DNA of 32,000 bases from an uncultured Opitutales bacterium (GCA_934660865.1 CAKUIA010000001.1:120001-152000); one strand, 5' to 3'. Positions 1 to 9,076 are shown, counted from the stretch's first letter. Made by a program: numbers and translations. Notes: generated by a model not told the origin, from the sequence alone.

Positions 1-754
1 GGACGACACCGTTATAATGCCGTGGACAACCGTAAAGGCGCGCCTTAAGGGCGCAGGCCAAAGCTCTATAAGCGCGGCAAGCGTCGCCTCTACAACAAGC
101 ACTACCAGCACAAGCAGCACGTCCGACATCTACACCGACGGCACTACCATATACGCGCCTAAAACGGGGGCTTCGCTGCCGCCGGTGCGCTTCCAGAATG
201 TAGACAGAATTTCGGCGTCGGCAATCTCCACAAAGCACATAAACGACGCCGTAAAGGAAATAGGCCTTATCTTGCGCGAAGAGCACGGCCTTTCCATAAA
301 CGAAGACGACGACTTTTTTATCCGCACCCTCGCCGAATTTTACGAAATGCTAAATTCGTCTACAAAGACAATGACAAGCCTGCTTATTTGCGTTGCGTTT
401 ATCTCGCTTATTGTAGGCGGGGTTGGCATAATGAACATAATGCTTGTTTCGGTTACCGAAAGAACCAGGGAAATAGGCCTTAGAATGGCGGTAGGCGCAA
501 AAAAAGGAGACATACTGCGCCAGTTTTTGATAGAATCGGTGGTAATCTGTATGGTAGGCGGCACAATAGGAATTTTGGCGGGGCACACAACAAGCATAAT
601 AATTTCGAAAGTTATGAACTGGCCCTCGGCGATTTCGTATGGCGCAATATTTTTGGCGGTAGGCGTTTCGGTTTTAGTGGGCGTATTGTTCGGCTACTAC
701 CCCGCATGGAAAGCCGCCCGTTTAGACCCAATAGAAGCTTTAAGATATGAATAA
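1..754 (+). CDS. macB: MacB-type ABC efflux transporter permease (FtsX-family C-terminal TM domain), 5' end outside window
   Basis: The reading frame is open from base 2, with no stop before the listed ATG at 17, so the gene starts upstream of the window. The C-terminal part carries the MacB/FtsX signature GGVGIMNIMLVSVTERTREIGLRMAVGA ... LDPIEALRYE. The stop overlaps the next start (ATGAATAA, 747-754). Confidence 0.85.
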   Translation, partial: DDTVIMPWTTVKARLKGAGQSSISAASVASTTSTTSTSSTSDIYTDGTTIYAPKTGASLPPVRFQNVDRISASAISTKHINDAVKEIGLILREEHGLSINEDDDFFIRTLAEFYEMLNSSTKTMTSLLICVAFISLIVGGVGIMNIMLVSVTERTREIGLRMAVGAKKGDILRQFLIESVVICMVGGTIGILAGHTTSIIISKVMNWPSAISYGAIFLAVGVSVLVGVLFGYYPAWKAARLDPIEALRYE

Positions 755-2216
755 CCCGACAAAAACATTTTTATTGTATGCAATGTGCGCCGCATTGTGC
801 GGCTGCATGGTTGGCCCCGACTTTGAAAAGCCCGAGGCCGACAAACTGCTGGGCGAAAGCTATTCAAAAAAGGCCGACAATAAAGCCGACAACCAAACGC
901 TTGCCGCATGGTGGAAAACCTTCGGCGACGACGAGCTAAATTCGCTTATAGAGCGCGCGTTAAGCCAAAATCTTGATTTGGAGATTGCAAAATACAGGGT
1001 TTTGCAGGCAAGAGCCAACTTGGGCATTACGCAAAGCTCGCTTTTGCCCGTTGTAGACCTTAACGCCGCCATGTCCGAAAAAACCAAAAATACCATGATA
1101 AACAAGGCTAGCCCTACATATTCGGCGGGCCTTACAAGCTCGTGGGAAATAGACGTTTTTGGGGCAACCAGGCGCGAAATAGAATCTAAAATTGCGCTAT
1201 ACGAGGCGGCATTTGCAAGCCAGGCGGCCTCAAGAATTTCGATTGCCGCCGAAGTTGCCGACTGCTACTTTAAATATAGGGCAACGCAAATATGCCTTAT
1301 AATTACAAAGAAAAACCTGCAAACGCAAAAAAACACATGCCAAATAACGCAGCAAAGGCGCAACAACGGCTTTGTTTCGGAGCTTGACGTTGTAAGGGCG
1401 CAAGCGCAGGTAGAAAGCACAATGTCGGAAATACCGACGCTTGAAAGCACGCTTAAAACCGCGCAAAACGCGCTGGAGCTTTTGCTTGCGGTAAAAAGCG
1501 GCTCGCTTAAAGACGAGCTTGAAGGCACGCCCGCAAAGCTTCCCGACCTGGAAAACTACATACCCTACGGCGTGCCCGCCGAGCTTTTGGAGCGCCGCCC
1601 CGACATTATCGCCGCCGAATACGACTTTAGACAGGCAATGGCGCAAATCGGAGTTGCCCAGGCCGACTTGCTCCCAAAATTTTCGATAACAGGCAGCATT
1701 TCCTACCAGGCGCCCGACATAGGCAATATGTTCCAAAACCAATACGGAACGTGGTCGGTAGGCCCGAACATTTCGTGGAACATATTTAACGCGGGCAAAA
1801 CCCTGTTTAACATAGAACGCCAAAAAACGGCCGCAAAAGAATACGAGGCAAAATGGAAGCAAACCGTTTTAACCGCGGCAAAAGAGGTTGAAGACGGCAT
1901 TGTTTCGTCGCAAAAAAGCAGGCAAAAAATAGACATCTTAATAGAATTGGTAAGGAAAAACCAAAAGGCTTTCGACATATCCAAAAAGCTGTACAGCGAG
2001 GGCGAGCTTGAGTTTTTGGACCTGCTCGAAACGCAAAGGTCGCTTTTAACTTCGGAACAAAACTTGGTCAACAACCGCAAGAATCTTATAAGCGACTTTA
2101 TTTCGCTATACAAAGCCCTAGGCGGCGGCTGGAGCATAGACGACATAAACAGGCAAAAAGAGGACTTGCAAAAATACATAATCTTTACCGACGGCGACTC
2201 GCTTAGCCTCTTTTAA
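747..2216 (+). CDS. Outer-membrane efflux lipoprotein, NodT/OprM (TolC) family
   Basis: 489 aa. The N-terminal lipobox is LCGC followed by MVGPDF, typical of NodT-family lipoproteins. Two OEP-type repeats are present. There is an 8-nt overlap with the macB-like gene, and a hairpin terminator follows at 2236-2270. Confidence 0.9.
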   Translation: MNNPTKTFLLYAMCAALCGCMVGPDFEKPEADKLLGESYSKKADNKADNQTLAAWWKTFGDDELNSLIERALSQNLDLEIAKYRVLQARANLGITQSSLLPVVDLNAAMSEKTKNTMINKASPTYSAGLTSSWEIDVFGATRREIESKIALYEAAFASQAASRISIAAEVADCYFKYRATQICLIITKKNLQTQKNTCQITQQRRNNGFVSELDVVRAQAQVESTMSEIPTLESTLKTAQNALELLLAVKSGSLKDELEGTPAKLPDLENYIPYGVPAELLERRPDIIAAEYDFRQAMAQIGVAQADLLPKFSITGSISYQAPDIGNMFQNQYGTWSVGPNISWNIFNAGKTLFNIERQKTAAKEYEAKWKQTVLTAAKEVEDGIVSSQKSRQKIDILIELVRKNQKAFDISKKLYSEGELEFLDLLETQRSLLTSEQNLVNNRKNLISDFISLYKALGGGWSIDDINRQKEDLQKYIIFTDGDSLSLF

Positions 2217-2235
2217 CTAAACGTAAGACGAACCG

Positions 2236-2270
2236 AAAAACGGCTGCCCTTTTGCACAGCCGTTTTTTTG
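2236..2270 (+). terminator. Rho-independent terminator after the efflux operon
   Basis: AAAAACGGCTG (2236-2246) pairs with CAGCCGTTTTT (2257-2267) across a 10-nt loop. It is followed by a T7 run. Confidence 0.8.
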
Positions 2271-2271
2271 T

Positions 2272-2300
2272 TTGAAGGGCAATGAAAAAGCGTCGATAAT
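2272..2300 (+). promoter_or_regulatory. Sigma70-like promoter TTGAAG-N17-GATAAT for the 2314 gene
   Basis: TTGAAG lies at 2272-2277 and GATAAT at 2295-2300. The ATG is 13 nt downstream of the -10 element. Confidence 0.5.
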
Positions 2301-2313
2301 CGCAAAATCGACA

Positions 2314-3939
2314 ATGAAAACATTTCACATTTTTGCCCTTTTTGCACTTACAATGTGCTCTTTAACCGCGCAAGTTTTGCCCACCGATTTGCAATTTAGC
2401 CGATTGGCGGTACGCAGATTCGTTTTCGACAACAACATAAACTTGTGCGAATTTTTGCCGTCCAAAATAGTTGCGTTCAACAGCATGTATCCCGTTTTGG
2501 GCATGTCGGAAAACGGCAAGCCAAACTATGTAAAAAGGGATTTTAAAGACCCAAGCGGCCGCGACTTTGTTTTTGAAAACTCCGGCGACAAACTTTGCGC
2601 AATCGGCATAGGCGGCGTTTTCCCATTCGCCTGCTACGAAGCGCAAATAAACGGCATAGAAAGCGAAAACGGCAAACGCTTTTCGGCGGGAATCGTTATA
2701 GGCGAAAATACGTTGAGAAATTCGGCAAGGTTTTTTTGCGAAAAGTCGGGGCAAAACACGGGCATTGTTTTCGACGAATTTTCGGACGGCAAAAAAACGC
2801 AGTCTCGCCAAATTCTTAAAAACGCCCCATGTCCGCCCTTCAAGCTTATTGTGCAGCTCTACGGAAACTGTGCAGCAGTATTTACCGAAAAAGACGGCAA
2901 AACAAGCTATGTTTGGCACATGCAAAAGGACGACTTTTTCGGCAAAAACTGCGATTTTAGGGTAAGGAAAACCGCGGCCAAAAGCATTTTCGGGATTTTC
3001 GCGGAAGGCTTCGGTTCGGCAAAAATCGGCGCGGCAAAACAGTATATTTCGGCCGGCATAGGCCAGGCCGATTTAAGGGCCGTAAAATATTCAGACTTAA
3101 GCCCCTATATGGAAAACGGCAGGCTTTACTTTACGTTTTCGGCGCGCGGGCTATACACGGCGCAATCGGTACAGGGCGTTTTAAGTTTTAACCCGTCGGT
3201 TTTCGATGTAAAATTCGAGGGGCTTATTCTGTTCGACCACGGCGACGGCCTGCTTAGAAACGACTACGCAAGCCACCTGTTTTTCGACAAAAATTCGAAT
3301 AAATGGAGGGCAATTTCGTGCGACTTTGGCGGAACAAAAAACAGGGACGACAGAACCTATACGGGGCTTTTGTTTGCCGAAAGCGATAAAAATCCCCTTA
3401 GTGGAATTTCGGTTATGAAGGCCTACCGCGCCGAGCCTAAAAACATTTCGGGCCACAACGAAGACCCTTCGCTTTACTACGACAACAACGCAAAAAAATA
3501 CCGCCTGCTTACAAGCAAATTTGTGGAAAACAATATCGTTTGCGCCCTGTACGAATCCGACAAATGGAACGGCGATTTTACCGAAATTGCGAGGCTTAAA
3601 GACACAAATTCTACGGGAACTTCTATTTGCGAGATAGGCGGCAAGCCCTACTGCCTTATGGGCGGCAACGGGCTAAACAACAATTCCGAGCAAAAATATT
3701 CGCAAAACCTGCGCGTGCACAGCTACCCCGATTTAAAATATTTGGGCGACTTAAATTTAAACTTCCCGCCCCACGCGCCGAAACCCCCAAAGAGGATTTG
3801 GGCCGACATTATAACGCTGCCCGAAGGCTACCTATATAAATACGTTCTTTTGACGATGGACAGAACCAATTTCCCGAATGTAGAGGGCGCAAACTGGAGC
3901 TACGGGGCTTTGTATTTTTTCGGAGCTTTGCAGCCCTAG
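2314..3939 (+). CDS. Secreted hypothetical protein (541 aa), possibly a beta-propeller / glycosidase-like fold
   Basis: Start chosen at ATG 2314 (MKTFHIFALFALTMCSLTAQ, a signal-peptide-like N-terminus) rather than the listed TTG at 2272. The long uninterrupted ORF has its own promoter. I recognise no family motif with certainty. The C-terminal half is rich in beta-strand-like repeats such as GRLYFTFSARG, EDPSLYYD and WSYGALYFF. Confidence 0.6.
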   Translation: MKTFHIFALFALTMCSLTAQVLPTDLQFSRLAVRRFVFDNNINLCEFLPSKIVAFNSMYPVLGMSENGKPNYVKRDFKDPSGRDFVFENSGDKLCAIGIGGVFPFACYEAQINGIESENGKRFSAGIVIGENTLRNSARFFCEKSGQNTGIVFDEFSDGKKTQSRQILKNAPCPPFKLIVQLYGNCAAVFTEKDGKTSYVWHMQKDDFFGKNCDFRVRKTAAKSIFGIFAEGFGSAKIGAAKQYISAGIGQADLRAVKYSDLSPYMENGRLYFTFSARGLYTAQSVQGVLSFNPSVFDVKFEGLILFDHGDGLLRNDYASHLFFDKNSNKWRAISCDFGGTKNRDDRTYTGLLFAESDKNPLSGISVMKAYRAEPKNISGHNEDPSLYYDNNAKKYRLLTSKFVENNIVCALYESDKWNGDFTEIARLKDTNSTGTSICEIGGKPYCLMGGNGLNNNSEQKYSQNLRVHSYPDLKYLGDLNLNFPPHAPKPPKRIWADIITLPEGYLYKYVLLTMDRTNFPNVEGANWSYGALYFFGALQP

Positions 3940-5273
3940 CAAATACAAAGCAAAACAACCATAAGCAAAAACAGCAGCCAAGTGCCAAGCGGCATTTCCC
4001 TTGCTTTGCCCGTAAATATGCGTATTGTAACATACGAAATTACGCCGAGGGCAAGCCCCTCGCTTATCTTGAAGGAAAACGCTATCATCAGCATGCAAAA
4101 CACCGCGGGGATAAGCTCCGACATATCGTCGAACTTAAGGGTTTTTATGCCCTGCATCATAAGCACGCCCACAATAACCAAAGCGGGGGCGGCCGCCTGA
4201 ATGGGAATTGCGCAAATAAGCTCTCCGAAAAACAGCGAAAGCAAAAAGAACGCGCCCACAAACAGCGCGCACAAGCCCGTCCTTGCGCCCGACTGTATGC
4301 CCGTTGCCGATTCCACAAACGAGCTTGTTGTAGAAGTTCCCAAAAGCGCGCCGGCTATTGTGGAAAATGCGTCGGCTGTAAGCGCGTTGCCCAAATTTTC
4401 CATACGGCCGTTTTCGTCCATAAGCCCCGAGCGCTTGCCCATTGCAATTATCGTTCCCAGCGAATCGAAAATATCCATCATAAACAGCACCACAATTACG
4501 GGGAATGCCGTTTTAAAATCCCTGAACAAAAAGCCCAAATCCAGCTTAAAAAAGGTTTGGTCTATATTATGCGGCAGCGCAAAAATTTTAGACGGCATTT
4601 CGGCAATTTTTACCCCGTGCGAATTTGTTATAAACATTGCAAGAACCGTCATTATAAAAATCGAAAGCATTACCGCAGTTTTGTAGCCCTTTGCCACAAG
4701 AACTGCCACCAGCAACATTCCGCCCAAAGCATACTGCGTTTCGGGTTTGGAAATATCTGCAAACGAAACAAGGGTGTTCGGGTTGCCCACAATAATGCCC
4801 GCGCTTTGTAGCCCGAAAAACGCAATAAACACCCCTATTCCGCATTGAAGCCCTATTTGCAATGCTTTTGGAACGGCGTATACAAGCTTTTCGCGCAAGC
4901 CCGTAATGGAGATTATCAAAAATATTATGCCGTTGTAGAAAACAAGCCCCAAAGCCTCGCGCCAGCCAACGCCCATGCCCAGGCACACCACAAGCGAAAA
5001 ATACGCGTTAGAACCCATTGCGGGAGCTGCCGCTATCGGCAAATTGCCCATAAAGGCCATAAAAAAGCAGCCTACTGCCGCGGCAAGCGCCGTTACCGTA
5101 ACCAAAGTGGGCTTGTCCATACCCGCCTGCGAGAGAACCGCCGGGTTAACCGCCAGTATGTACGACATTGCAACAAATGTAGTAAACGCCCCGCACAATT
5201 CGGTTTTTACCGAAGTTTTGCGCTCCGACAGCCTAAAAAACTTGTCGGCTTTTTTTGACAAAAAATTATCCAT
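3936..5273 (-). CDS. NCS2/AzgA-type purine (adenine/guanine/hypoxanthine) permease
   Basis: 445 aa polytopic membrane protein. The N-terminus FFRLSERKTSVKTELCGAFTTFVAMSYILAVNP is characteristic of AzgA/PurP-family permeases, and the length equals that of E. coli PurP-type proteins. Confidence 0.88.
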   Translation of the reverse strand: MDNFLSKKADKFFRLSERKTSVKTELCGAFTTFVAMSYILAVNPAVLSQAGMDKPTLVTVTALAAAVGCFFMAFMGNLPIAAAPAMGSNAYFSLVVCLGMGVGWREALGLVFYNGIIFLIISITGLREKLVYAVPKALQIGLQCGIGVFIAFFGLQSAGIIVGNPNTLVSFADISKPETQYALGGMLLVAVLVAKGYKTAVMLSIFIMTVLAMFITNSHGVKIAEMPSKIFALPHNIDQTFFKLDLGFLFRDFKTAFPVIVVLFMMDIFDSLGTIIAMGKRSGLMDENGRMENLGNALTADAFSTIAGALLGTSTTSSFVESATGIQSGARTGLCALFVGAFFLLSLFFGELICAIPIQAAAPALVIVGVLMMQGIKTLKFDDMSELIPAVFCMLMIAFSFKISEGLALGVISYVTIRIFTGKAREMPLGTWLLFLLMVVLLCIC

Positions 5274-5487
5274 TTAAAATATCGTCGGTATACAATGCCA
5301 TTATGTTCAAAACGTCGCCGTTTTTTAGCAGAAGGCTGCAATAGGCTTCGTAGTGCATAAGGCGGCCGTTAAGGTTTACAACGCACTTTTCGGGTCTAAA
5401 CCCGAAAGCCTGGATAAACTGCGCAACGCTCATGGGCGGCTGAATTTGGTAGGCGTTGCCGTTTGCGGTTATGCTTATTTCTTCCAT
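5266..5487 (-). CDS. ThiS/MoaD-like beta-grasp small protein (73 aa) lacking a C-terminal Gly-Gly
   Basis: The pattern I.I..NG.......tv..fi...........vV.lNG.......y....L..GD.l.i resembles ThiS. It sits 7 nt after the HAD stop and overlaps the permease start by 8 nt (ATGGATAA). The C-terminus is ...ALYTDDILNG, not ..GG. Confidence 0.6.
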   Translation of the reverse strand: MEEISITANGNAYQIQPPMSVAQFIQAFGFRPEKCVVNLNGRLMHYEAYCSLLLKNGDVLNIMALYTDDILNG

Positions 5488-5494
5488 ATAAATT

Positions 5495-6130
5495 TTAAAG
5501 GCTTTTTACACATTCAAGCACAAGCTCGGGCTGCGAAAAGTCGGCAAAAATATTTTTTGTATATTTTAAAACAATAGCTTCGCTTAAAGTGGTGCTAAGG
5601 CCAATCAGGTGCATTTTTGCGTTTAACGCCGCCTGCATTCCGCTTTCGGAATCTTCAAAAACGGCGCAGTTTTCGGGAAGCACCCCCAGTTTTTCGGCGG
5701 CAATTAAGTAGCATTGCGGGTTGGGCTTGCCCTCGCTTACAAAATCGCTTGTAATTTCGGCATCGAAAGCCCCGGTTAACCCCAGCTTTGCCAGGGCGTT
5801 TTTCATTTTATTTGCCGAAGAGCTGGTAACCAACGCCTTTTTGTAGCCTTTTAAACTTTTTAAAAATTCTACCGAGCCCTTAATCGGCGCAAACTCCATA
5901 TTCGCCTCCATGCGGCGCAGGTCTTTTATAACGCGCTCTTGTATTACGGCTTCGTCGAATTTGCCGAAATACTGCACCAAAATATTTTTCAGCGTGCGCC
6001 CCTTTAAAAGAGCCGCAAAGTTTTCGTACCCAAGCGAAAATTCGCGCCCCTTGGCATTCCAAAAAGCGTCGTATATTTTTTCGGTGTCGGCTATTACGCC
6101 GTCGAAATCAAATAGCAGAGAATCGACCAT
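5495..6130 (-). CDS. HAD-IA family phosphatase (beta-phosphoglucomutase-like)
   Basis: HAD motifs are present: FDFDGVIADTE (I), LVTSS (II), GKPNP (III), FEDSESG (IV). 211 aa. Confidence 0.85.
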   Translation of the reverse strand: MVDSLLFDFDGVIADTEKIYDAFWNAKGREFSLGYENFAALLKGRTLKNILVQYFGKFDEAVIQERVIKDLRRMEANMEFAPIKGSVEFLKSLKGYKKALVTSSSANKMKNALAKLGLTGAFDAEITSDFVSEGKPNPQCYLIAAEKLGVLPENCAVFEDSESGMQAALNAKMHLIGLSTTLSEAIVLKYTKNIFADFSQPELVLECVKSL

Positions 6131-6189
6131 AATCGCCCAATATTGTATATGCTTTTTTTGCGGTCAAACGTTTTTGACTAAAAAACGGG

Positions 6190-7143
6190 CTACAGCCCCA
6201 AAAGTTTGAAGCCCAAAACAATCCACAAAGGCAGAACAAGCAGGGCCAAAAGCGAAGTTGCAACCGTTATTTGCACCGACATTTGCGGATTGCCGCCAAA
6301 GTGCTTTGCCAAAACCGCCGCAGTTACGCCGCAGGGGGCTACCGCCTCGAAAACAAGCACGGTTTTCAATGCGTTGTCTATGGGCAATATGTAGGCCGCA
6401 AAAATAAAAATTGTAGGCATTATAAACATTCTTATTAAAACCGAAACCGACAGCGCCTTGTAGTTTATGTTGCCAAAACCCCAAAAGTCGGCAAGCAGGC
6501 ACCCGAACATAATCAGGTTTAAGGGAATCGAGGCATTACCTATCATTGAAAGGCTGTTTAGCGCAAATTTGGGGATATATACATTTAAGCCGCTCCAAAT
6601 TATGCCCAGCGCCAAAAACACCGCAAAAACAGGGCCTTTCAGCAAAAGCCTAATCGAAAACGGAACTCCCCTTGCCAGCAGCAAAAAGCACAGCGACCAA
6701 AACACCAAGTCGCACCCCACATTGTGCGTTAATGCTATTCCCAAATATGGGCTGTCTTTAGGATACAGCAAAAACAGCATTGAAACCACAAAAAAACCGT
6801 AGTTTTGGGTTGCGGTAGTAACGGCAAAAGTTCTAAGCCCGTCGCCTACCTTTAGCTTAAGCAAATATTTTGCAAACAAATACGACACCGCCAATGCCGC
6901 CATAAGCCCCAGCGCCCCCGCCGACATACAGCTTAGCGAAAGACCTATGCTTTTAAGTTTGTCGTTGCCCAGCATATTGTAGAAAATAAAGCAGGGTATG
7001 CAAACATCTATGCTAAGGCGCACAAAAGACGAGTCGCTTTCCTTTTTTAGAAAGCCGAAGCGGCGCAGCGCAAAACCCGCCAATATTATTATGTATATGG
7101 GAATTGTTGCCGACAACGCCTCGGCGGCAAAAGTCCAATTCAT
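6190..7143 (-). CDS. AEC (auxin efflux carrier) family membrane transporter
   Basis: 317 aa with about 10 hydrophobic segments and AEC-like N- and C-terminal halves. It starts 4 nt after the purT stop. Confidence 0.8.
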   Translation of the reverse strand: MNWTFAAEALSATIPIYIIILAGFALRRFGFLKKESDSSFVRLSIDVCIPCFIFYNMLGNDKLKSIGLSLSCMSAGALGLMAALAVSYLFAKYLLKLKVGDGLRTFAVTTATQNYGFFVVSMLFLLYPKDSPYLGIALTHNVGCDLVFWSLCFLLLARGVPFSIRLLLKGPVFAVFLALGIIWSGLNVYIPKFALNSLSMIGNASIPLNLIMFGCLLADFWGFGNINYKALSVSVLIRMFIMPTIFIFAAYILPIDNALKTVLVFEAVAPCGVTAAVLAKHFGGNPQMSVQITVATSLLALLVLPLWIVLGFKLLGL

Positions 7144-7147
7144 ATAA

Positions 7148-8332
7148 TTACTCGGCCTTTATTACAAGGTCGTCTAACATTTGTTTGGTAACCGAACGCG
7201 CCTCGTCTACACTGTTGCGGCGCGCAAGCAAAACGGCCATACGGCGGTGCCCCCTAACCTCGGGCTTGCCGAAAATGCGCATATCGGTAAAAGGACGGTC
7301 TAAAACCTTGTCGATATTGGAAAATTCAACATTGTTGTAGTTGCCCTCCAAAACAACCGCCCTGCTTGCGCTCGGGCCAAATTGCTCTATGTAGTTTACG
7401 GGAATGCCCAAAATTGCGCGAGCGTGAATTGCAAACTGCGAAAGGTTTTGCGAAATCATTGTAACCATGCCCGTGTCGTGCGGACGCGGCGAAACTTCGC
7501 TAAAAATAACATCGTTGCCGCAAACAAAAAGCTCTACGCCGAAAATCCCGTAGCCGCCCAATGCGTCGGTAATCTGCTTCGCGTATTTTTGCGCGGTCTG
7601 CAATGCCTCGGGCGACATTGCCGCGGGCTGCCAGCTTTCGCGGTAGTCGCCGTCTACCTGAATGTGGCCTACGGGCTGGCAAAACGAAGTGCCTTTGCTG
7701 TGGCGCACGGTTAGCATTGTAATTTCGTAGTCGAATTTTATAAAGCCTTCAACAATAACCTCGCCTTCGCCCGAGCGGCCGCCGTGCTGCGAATAGTCCC
7801 AGGCTTTGTCTATGTCATCTTGGCTTTTTACAACGCTTTGCCCGTGCCCCGACGAGCTCATTATGGGCTTTACAACACACGGCATTCCAATTTTATTAAC
7901 CGCCGCAACAAACTCGTCTTTGCTCTTTGCAAACATATAAGGCGAGGTTTTCATACCCAGCTTTTCGGCGGCCAATGTGCGGATATTTTTCCTGTTCATT
8001 GTAAAGTTTACCGCCTTTGCGGTGGGAACTACATTAAAGCCCTTTTCTTCCAGCTTTAAAAGTCTTTCGGTTGCAATGGCCTCCACTTCGGGGATTATAT
8101 AGTCGGGCTTTTCGCTTTCTATAATTTTTTCTATGGCGTCGCCGTTTAGCATGGAAACAACGTATTTACGGTCGGCAACCTGCATTGCCGGGGCGTTGTC
8201 GTATTTGTCTACGGCAATAACCTCTACGCCCAGCCTTTTCATTTCTATAACAACTTCCTTGCCCAACTCGCCGCTGCCCAAAAGAAGAGCTTTGGTTGCG
8301 CTGTTTTTAAATACGGTGCCTATTTTTGTCAT
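7148..8332 (-). CDS. purT: Formate-dependent phosphoribosylglycinamide formyltransferase (GAR transformylase 2)
   Basis: Start chosen at ATG 8332 ([27 protein letters not shown]), giving 394 aa. ATP-grasp motifs SSSGHGQ and [13 protein letters not shown] are typical of PurT. The listed start at 8392 adds 20 non-conserved residues. Confidence 0.92.
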   Translation of the reverse strand: MTKIGTVFKNSATKALLLGSGELGKEVVIEMKRLGVEVIAVDKYDNAPAMQVADRKYVVSMLNGDAIEKIIESEKPDYIIPEVEAIATERLLKLEEKGFNVVPTAKAVNFTMNRKNIRTLAAEKLGMKTSPYMFAKSKDEFVAAVNKIGMPCVVKPIMSSSGHGQSVVKSQDDIDKAWDYSQHGGRSGEGEVIVEGFIKFDYEITMLTVRHSKGTSFCQPVGHIQVDGDYRESWQPAAMSPEALQTAQKYAKQITDALGGYGIFGVELFVCGNDVIFSEVSPRPHDTGMVTMISQNLSQFAIHARAILGIPVNYIEQFGPSASRAVVLEGNYNNVEFSNIDKVLDRPFTDMRIFGKPEVRGHRRMAVLLARRNSVDEARSVTKQMLDDLVIKAE

Positions 8333-8416
8333 TTTAATTGCCTTTAAAGTGTTTTTCGGGAAAATTGCCCCTTGTATTTTAGGAAAAACCAAAACCCGAC
8401 TTTGTCAAAGAAAATT

Positions 8417-9019
8417 ATGAACATATTTAGATACGGCAAAACCCAAACCGACTATCTTTCAAAACAAGACCCCGTTTTGGGCGAAAAGATAAAAACTTTG
8501 GGCAAAATAAAAAGGGAATGCGCCGACAACGCATTCGACTTTTTGATACGCAGCGTTATAGCCCAGCAAATATCTTCTAAGTCGCTGGAAACAATCCTAA
8601 AAAAAACCGAAACAAGCATTGGTCCCCTTACCCCCGAAAATATTTTAAAGACAAGCACTTGCAAATTTAAAAATTGCGGCATACCCCTATACAAAACGCA
8701 AAGGATAAAACAGATTGCGCAAAATGCAGCCTCCGGCGCAATAGATTTTAAAAATCTTAACAAGCTAAGCGACAACGAAGTTATAGAAAAACTCACCACC
8801 CTGGACGGCGTGGGCAAATGGACGGCGCAAATGGTGCTTATTTTTGCGCTGAAACGCCCGAATGTATTAAGCTACGGCGACTTCGGCATAAGAAAGGGTT
8901 TGCAAAATCTGCACAACATACAAAAGCTTACAAAAAAAGACTTCGACAAATTTTGCGAATTGTATTCGCCCTACGGCACGGTGGCAGCATTTTACCTATG
9001 GGAAATTGCAAGAATGTAG
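8417..9019 (+). CDS. HhH-GPD superfamily DNA-3-methyladenine glycosylase II (short AlkA-like)
   Basis: A helix-hairpin-helix motif (LTTLDGVGKWTAQMVLIFAL) is followed by the Asp-containing segment SYGDFGIRKG. About 200 aa. ATG at 8417 is preferred over the listed upstream start. Confidence 0.8.
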   Translation: MNIFRYGKTQTDYLSKQDPVLGEKIKTLGKIKRECADNAFDFLIRSVIAQQISSKSLETILKKTETSIGPLTPENILKTSTCKFKNCGIPLYKTQRIKQIAQNAASGAIDFKNLNKLSDNEVIEKLTTLDGVGKWTAQMVLIFALKRPNVLSYGDFGIRKGLQNLHNIQKLTKKDFDKFCELYSPYGTVAAFYLWEIARM

Positions 9020-9040
9020 CATTCAATACAAAACTTGTGC

Positions 9041-9068
9041 TTGCTTTAACGCGCAAAAAAAAGATAAT
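9041..9068 (+). promoter_or_regulatory. Sigma70-like promoter TTGCTT-N16-GATAAT only 8 nt upstream of ATG 9077
   Basis: TTGCTT lies at 9041-9046 and GATAAT at 9063-9068. The spacer contains an A8 run (9055-9062). No Shine-Dalgarno sequence lies between the -10 element and the ATG. Confidence 0.45.
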
Positions 9069-9076
9069 ACAGCACC

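Noticed and set aside
5266-5487. Interpreting the ThiS-like gene as part of a thiamine biosynthesis locus or as preceded by a TPP riboswitch
   Set aside because: No thiF/G/H/C/E genes flank it. There is only a 7-nt gap upstream, which leaves no room for a riboswitch.
6163-6178. GTCAAA-CGTT-TTTGAC hairpin and a possible internal promoter (TTGACC-N17-AATATT, minus strand) between the AEC and HAD genes
   Set aside because: The 6-bp AT-rich stem has no U-tract on the transcribed strand, so it is not a convincing terminator. The promoter hexamers are weak. I kept this only as a caveat on the operon call.
9055-9062. A8 homopolymer in the promoter spacer of the GT-like gene as a phase-variation switch
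   Set aside because: A7-A8 and T7-T8 runs are common throughout this window, in terminator flanks and Lys codons. Eight nt is short for slipped-strand switching. Nothing distinguishes this tract from the background composition.
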